Positions 37,453 through 41,784 of a stretch of 41,784 bases of DNA are shown piece after piece. The notes beneath the pieces are model-generated. The model did no database searches. It worked only from the letters and a program-made list of their open reading frames with translations, and had not been told where the DNA came from. Where the stretch lies: sequence record DRR378314_195; one strand, written 5' to 3'. How positions within the stretch are numbered: the first letter of the stretch is position 1; every line of letters begins with the position of its first letter. A program made the translations under genes and the position numbers.

Positions 37453-38211
37453 TCAAATGGCAAGGTAGGTCTGGCGTAGCTGTTCGTCCTCCAGAACCTC
37501 ACTCGCCAAGCCATCAAACACCACTTGGCCCGACTCCAGAATAACCGCCCGGTCCGCCAGCTTCAGCGCGGCAACCGCGTTTTGCTCAACGATGACAGTG
37601 GTGATTCCCAGCGACTTGATTTCTTTCAGGGTACGCTCGATTTCCTGCACGATGATGGGTGCCAGCCCTTCATAAGGCTCATCCAGCAGCAGAAGCTTGA
37701 TATCACGAGCCAAGGCCCGACCGATGGCCAGCATTTGCTGTTCACCGCCCGAGAGGGTGGTACCCTCCTGATTACGCCGTTCACCCAGACGTGGAAACAG
37801 CTCGAAGATGCGTTCAATGGACCAGCCGGCAGACGGCGCCAACTGAGCCAACCTCAGGTTTTCCCACACGCTCAGGCCTGGAATGATGCGGCGATCTTCG
37901 GGAACCAGCGACAGCCCACACTGGGCTGCCTGATAGGCCTTCATGGAGTGCAATGGTTGATGATCCAGCCAGATCTCGCCATGGGTGACAGAGGGCGAAT
38001 CCACCCGGGCAATGGCACGCAGAGTCGAGGTTTTCCCTGCCCCGTTTCGCCCTAGCAAGGCGAGGATTTCACCCTCATGGATGTTCATCGTTACCCCCTG
38101 AACGATGTAACTTTCTCCGTAATAGGCGTGCAGATCCCAAACCGAGAAAAAGGCGGGCGCGGACGATGCATGTGTGGCATTCATATTGGTTTTTTCGTTC
38201 ATGATGCCCAT
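37453..38211 (-). CDS. Liv-type ABC transporter ATP-binding protein (LivF-like)
   Basis: GRNGAGKT, VPEDRRI, LSGGEQQM, LDEP and VEQN. Start uncertain (38211, 38202 or 38184). Confidence 0.92.
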   Translation of the reverse strand: MGIMNEKTNMNATHASSAPAFFSVWDLHAYYGESYIVQGVTMNIHEGEILALLGRNGAGKTSTLRAIARVDSPSVTHGEIWLDHQPLHSMKAYQAAQCGLSLVPEDRRIIPGLSVWENLRLAQLAPSAGWSIERIFELFPRLGERRNQEGTTLSGGEQQMLAIGRALARDIKLLLLDEPYEGLAPIIVQEIERTLKEIKSLGITTVIVEQNAVAALKLADRAVILESGQVVFDGLASEVLEDEQLRQTYLAI

Positions 38212-38215
38212 AGCC

Positions 38216-38977
38216 TCATTGTGTCTCTGCGGTGCCCAGATACGCTTCCTGTACCTTGGGATGGCCTTTGATGTTTTCCGGCTGATCCTCAACGATCACG
38301 TGCCCCTGTGACAACACGCTTATGCGATCAGCCAGGCTGAACACCACATGCATGTCATGCTCAATCACCACAAACGTGATGTCGTGGGCCTCATTGATGG
38401 TTTTCAGCAAATCGATGGTGTTATTGGTGTCAGACCGGGACATGCCGGCCGTCGGCTCATCCAACAACAGCAATTTGGGCTTCTGGACCAGGCACATTGC
38501 CATCTCAAGCCTTCGTTTGTTGCCCCGGGACATAGCAGACGCTGTATGGTGCCGCTCATCAATCAACCCCACATCCTGCAGAATTTTCTCCGCCTGCTCG
38601 CGTATGGCCGTTTCCTTCGACAACGACTTGAAGGGCGAGATGTGAAAGGCACCATCCCGATGAGCAAAGGCTGGAATCATCACATTTTCCAGAATGCTCA
38701 ACTCGGAAAATACCTCCGGTGTCTGAAACACACGACTGATGCCCGTTTGATTGATCTGGTAAGGCTCCAGGCCCAGAAGGCTGCGGTTGTTAAAACTGAC
38801 TGTACCGCTGTCTGGCACCAGCTTGCCGATAAAGCAGTTCAGCAGTGTCGATTTGCCCGCACCGTTCGGTCCGATAATCGCGTGGACCGTATTCTCCTGA
38901 ATCGACAGATTGACATCGTTCAGCGCCAGAAGACCGCCAAACCGTTTGTTGACACCTTTCACTTCGAGTATGGCCAA
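38216..38977 (-). CDS. Liv-type ABC transporter ATP-binding protein (LivG-like)
   Basis: KRFGGL, GPNGAGKS, LDEPTAG, IEHDM and VQEAYLG; TTG start. Confidence 0.93.
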   Translation of the reverse strand: MAILEVKGVNKRFGGLLALNDVNLSIQENTVHAIIGPNGAGKSTLLNCFIGKLVPDSGTVSFNNRSLLGLEPYQINQTGISRVFQTPEVFSELSILENVMIPAFAHRDGAFHISPFKSLSKETAIREQAEKILQDVGLIDERHHTASAMSRGNKRRLEMAMCLVQKPKLLLLDEPTAGMSRSDTNNTIDLLKTINEAHDITFVVIEHDMHVVFSLADRISVLSQGHVIVEDQPENIKGHPKVQEAYLGTAETQ

Positions 38978-38979
38978 GG

Positions 38980-40215
38980 CTATGACTCCCTCGTGTTAAC
39001 GGGCCCGCGCGACGGTTCCTCAGACGACGCATCGTCGTCTGTGACATCAGTATCCATTTGGGCTGGTGTGGTTTTACGGGCCTGCAACAATCGCGTAAAC
39101 AGATTCATGATCCGGTTGGCACCTTCCACCAGACCGCCCGGCAGAAAGATCACCACCAGCATGAAGATCAGCCCCAGTGAGATATGCCAGCCGCTCCCCA
39201 GAAAGGGCGAGATCACGGCAACGAGGAAATCGGTCAACCCTTCTGGCAACGCCGAGAACCACCCTTCAACCACAGATTCGTTGATGCGGCTGAATATGTT
39301 CTCAAAATATTTAATGATGCCGGCCCCGAGCACCGGCCCAATCAACGTTCCGGCGCCCCCCATAATGGTCATCAACACCACCTCACCCGAGGCGGTCCAC
39401 TGCATGCGTTCTGCGCCGGCGAGCGGGTCCATACAGACCAGCAACGCACCCGCCAGCCCCGCATACATACCGGAGATGACAAACGCTGTCAGGGTATAGG
39501 GGCGAGAGTTGAACCCTGTGTAGTTGAGTCGGGTCTGATTGCTTTTGACCGCCCTCAGGATCATGCCGAACGGTGACCGGAATATGCGCAACGACAGGTA
39601 GAACATGCCGATCAGAATCAACGCGCTGATATAAAAACCGACGTTAAACTGCAATTCCATCCCTAGAAACGGCACCACCGCCGTATCCCCCATCTCAAGC
39701 CCAAACAGAGACGGTGATGCCACCTGGCCCGATTCACGGGCGCCATCGAGAACGCGGGGGTCATCGAGATCAAGCTGCAACCCGGTCTCGCCGTTGGTAA
39801 TGGGGGTTAGCACTGAGTAAGCCAGGTTGTAAGACATCTGGGCGAACGCCAGTGTCAGGATCGAAAAGTAGATTCCGGACCGCCGCAGTGAGATGAAGCC
39901 AATCAATAGCGCGAACAGCCCCGACACCACCACCGAAAATATAATGGCCGGCACGATGTTGATGCTGAGCAGCTTCAGCATCCAGAGCGCGGAATAGCTA
40001 CCAACACCCAAAAACGCCGCATGCCCGAACGACAGGTAACCCGTCAGCCCAAACAGAATGTTGAAACCAATGGCAAAGATGCCGTAGATGACAAAGCGTT
40101 GCATCAGGTCCGGGTAGCCCGCCCCAACCGGCGCCAGGATCAACGGCCCGGCCAGCACTACAATGGTAAACAGGACCATAAGGGCCCGATCGCTGGTACG
40201 TAATGTTTTCAGCAT
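38980..40215 (-). CDS. Liv-type ABC permease (LivM-like)
   Basis: [27 protein letters not shown] and [13 protein letters not shown]. Confidence 0.92.
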   Translation of the reverse strand: MLKTLRTSDRALMVLFTIVVLAGPLILAPVGAGYPDLMQRFVIYGIFAIGFNILFGLTGYLSFGHAAFLGVGSYSALWMLKLLSINIVPAIIFSVVVSGLFALLIGFISLRRSGIYFSILTLAFAQMSYNLAYSVLTPITNGETGLQLDLDDPRVLDGARESGQVASPSLFGLEMGDTAVVPFLGMELQFNVGFYISALILIGMFYLSLRIFRSPFGMILRAVKSNQTRLNYTGFNSRPYTLTAFVISGMYAGLAGALLVCMDPLAGAERMQWTASGEVVLMTIMGGAGTLIGPVLGAGIIKYFENIFSRINESVVEGWFSALPEGLTDFLVAVISPFLGSGWHISLGLIFMLVVIFLPGGLVEGANRIMNLFTRLLQARKTTPAQMDTDVTDDDASSEEPSRGPVNTRES

Positions 40216-40219
40216 GGCA

Positions 40220-41254
40220 TCAAGTCTCCATTACGCCTTTGCGCCCCATGAGCCCACGGGGACGGGTCAGCAGAATAATGACCGCCACGAGATAAATAAT
40301 GACCTGGTCGATCGAGAACCCGAACAGGAAGTCTTTCACTTCCGGCATGGACGCGAAGCTCTGCAGAATGCCAAGCAGGAAACCCGCCGCCACCGCACCA
40401 GCCAGTGATCCCATGCCACCGACAACCACCACCACGAAACACAACACCAGGAAGTCCATGCCCATGTGGTAATTTGGCGAAAGAATAGGGGTGTACATCA
40501 CGCCCGCCAGGCCAGTCACCACGGCGGCCAAACCAAACATCGCCGTAAACCGCTTGTCGATGTTGATGCCCAGCAAGCCAACGGTTTCCCGGTCCGCCAT
40601 ACCAGCCCGCACGACCATGCCGAAGGTGGTATAGCGTAAAAACGCAAAGATCCCCCCGATAACAACGCCGGCGAACAGGAAGTAAACCAGACGCCAGATC
40701 GGATAGATCACCGAATTCTCCGCCATGCCAATCAACGCCCCGACGTCGATGGAGCCGACAAACGCCTCCGGTGCCGGCTGGGGAATCGGGTTGGCGCCGT
40801 AAACCGATTTGATAACCTCCTGCAGAACAATGGCCAGCCCGAAAGTCACCAGAATCTGATCGGCGTGAGGTCGCTTGTAGAAGTGCTTGATCAGGCCCCG
40901 CTCCATCACGATGCCAATCAACAACATCACTGGAATGGCAAACAGAATGGACCAGAACACAGAGTAGTCGATCATCGTCGCGCCCAATTCGCCGAACCAG
41001 AGCTCGACATAGGGCGTGTGAACTTCCAGGGGGGTCCCCCAGGGGCTCAGTTCGGTCTCCGAGAGCGTGACTTTTTCGAAGGACAACAGGTTGTTGAAGG
41101 TGACCGTGCAGAAGGCACCAATCATGAACAGCGCACCGTGGGCAAAATTCACCACACCCAGAGTGCCGAATATCAGGGTCAGCCCCAACGCAATCAGCGC
41201 ATAGGCGCTGCCTTTGTCCAACCCATTCAGTATTTGCAGAAGGATGGCATCCAT
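40220..41254 (-). CDS. Liv-type ABC permease (LivH-like)
   Basis: [30 protein letters not shown] and [15 protein letters not shown]. Confidence 0.93.
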   Translation of the reverse strand: MDAILLQILNGLDKGSAYALIALGLTLIFGTLGVVNFAHGALFMIGAFCTVTFNNLLSFEKVTLSETELSPWGTPLEVHTPYVELWFGELGATMIDYSVFWSILFAIPVMLLIGIVMERGLIKHFYKRPHADQILVTFGLAIVLQEVIKSVYGANPIPQPAPEAFVGSIDVGALIGMAENSVIYPIWRLVYFLFAGVVIGGIFAFLRYTTFGMVVRAGMADRETVGLLGINIDKRFTAMFGLAAVVTGLAGVMYTPILSPNYHMGMDFLVLCFVVVVVGGMGSLAGAVAAGFLLGILQSFASMPEVKDFLFGFSIDQVIIYLVAVIILLTRPRGLMGRKGVMET

Positions 41255-41323
41255 CGGTATTTACCTTGTTTGACAACATGCGCCTGGAAAGCGACAGGCA
41301 TATCAAGATCGGGCTACTGTGCA

Positions 41324-41354
41324 AGGTGCACTGGCCAGGGTGGCCAGCGCACCT
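41324..41354 (-). other. Stem-loop between the SBP and permease genes
   Basis: AGGTGCACTGGCCA-ggg-TGGCCAGCGCACCT, a typical position for an mRNA-stabilising hairpin. Confidence 0.55.
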
Positions 41355-41381
41355 CTTCTCAGAGGAAGTCAGGTGCCGAGA

Positions 41382-41784
41382 TCAGACGCCTGGATTACAC
41401 TTTCCGAGTGAGCCACCGGTAAACATCGGATGTTCGGGGTCATAAGTGACTTTGTCTGCAGAGGTCACATTGACCACTTCCAGCAAGTCAAACTCAGAGG
41501 TTGGGTTCTCTTTACCGCGTACGACGAGTACATCCTTAAAGCACTGATGATCCTCCGCACGGTATAGAGTTTTGCCGTTGCCCAGTCCGTCAAACTCAAA
41601 GCCTTCAAGCGCCTCAACGATGGCACAGGGGTTGAAGCTTCCTGCACGTTCGGCGGCGTCGGCGTATAGCAGTGTTTGTACATAACAGGTGTGGGCAGCC
41701 TGTGAAGGTGGCTGGCCATACTCTTTGCCAAAGGATTCGACAAACGCTTTCGAACCTTCGTCCTGCAGCGACCAGTGCCAGTTG
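41382..41784 (-). CDS. Liv-type ABC substrate-binding protein, C-terminal part (runs off the window)
   Basis: Manual translation NWHWSLQDEGSKAFVESFGKEYGQPPSQAAHTCY...RAEDHQCFKDV...GKCNPGV*. It is absent from the ORF track because its start lies outside the window. Confidence 0.88.
   Translation of the reverse strand, partial: NWHWSLQDEGSKAFVESFGKEYGQPPSQAAHTCYVQTLLYADAAERAGSFNPCAIVEALEGFEFDGLGNGKTLYRAEDHQCFKDVLVVRGKENPTSEFDLLEVVNVTSADKVTYDPEHPMFTGGSLGKCNPGV

Noticed and set aside
38348-41324. Long alternative ORFs 38348-39499 (+) and 40209-41324 (-)
   Set aside because: They overlap clearly recognisable Liv-type genes and have no family motifs.

Overview
GC-rich gammaproteobacterial chromosome segment. 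The gene content looks Marinobacter-like, which is an inference. Most of it is transport, regulation and envelope genes: an EamA/AraC pair, an SBP lipoprotein, a PA-domain M28 aminopeptidase, an Omp85-type barrel, NnrU, a four-lipoprotein CsgG/DUF4810/DUF799 operon, a CMD-Rid-ECF41 operon with a perfect ECF41 promoter, DUF72, a Cache HK/NarL pair behind a TRAP transporter, a MocR regulator split from its flavin-binding target by an Fn3 lipoprotein, a BCCT carrier, tenA and a Liv-type ABC transporter. The most unusual element is a co-oriented four-gene, ~10 kb cluster (24579-34599). It encodes (1) an unknown/UDG-like domain + 4 repeats + phosphoesterase fusion with altered metal ligands, (2) a gamma-glutamylcyclotransferase + cytochrome-b5-like fusion, (3) a metallo-beta-lactamase-fold protein and (4) a pseudokinase-AAA-helical-GAF-GGDEF diguanylate cyclase. 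The cluster is flanked by a divergent BCCT carrier with a degenerate betaine cage and by a heavily deleted RNase Z relic. I saw no rRNA, tRNA, CRISPR array or transposase. All family calls come from motif recognition by eye; no searches were run.
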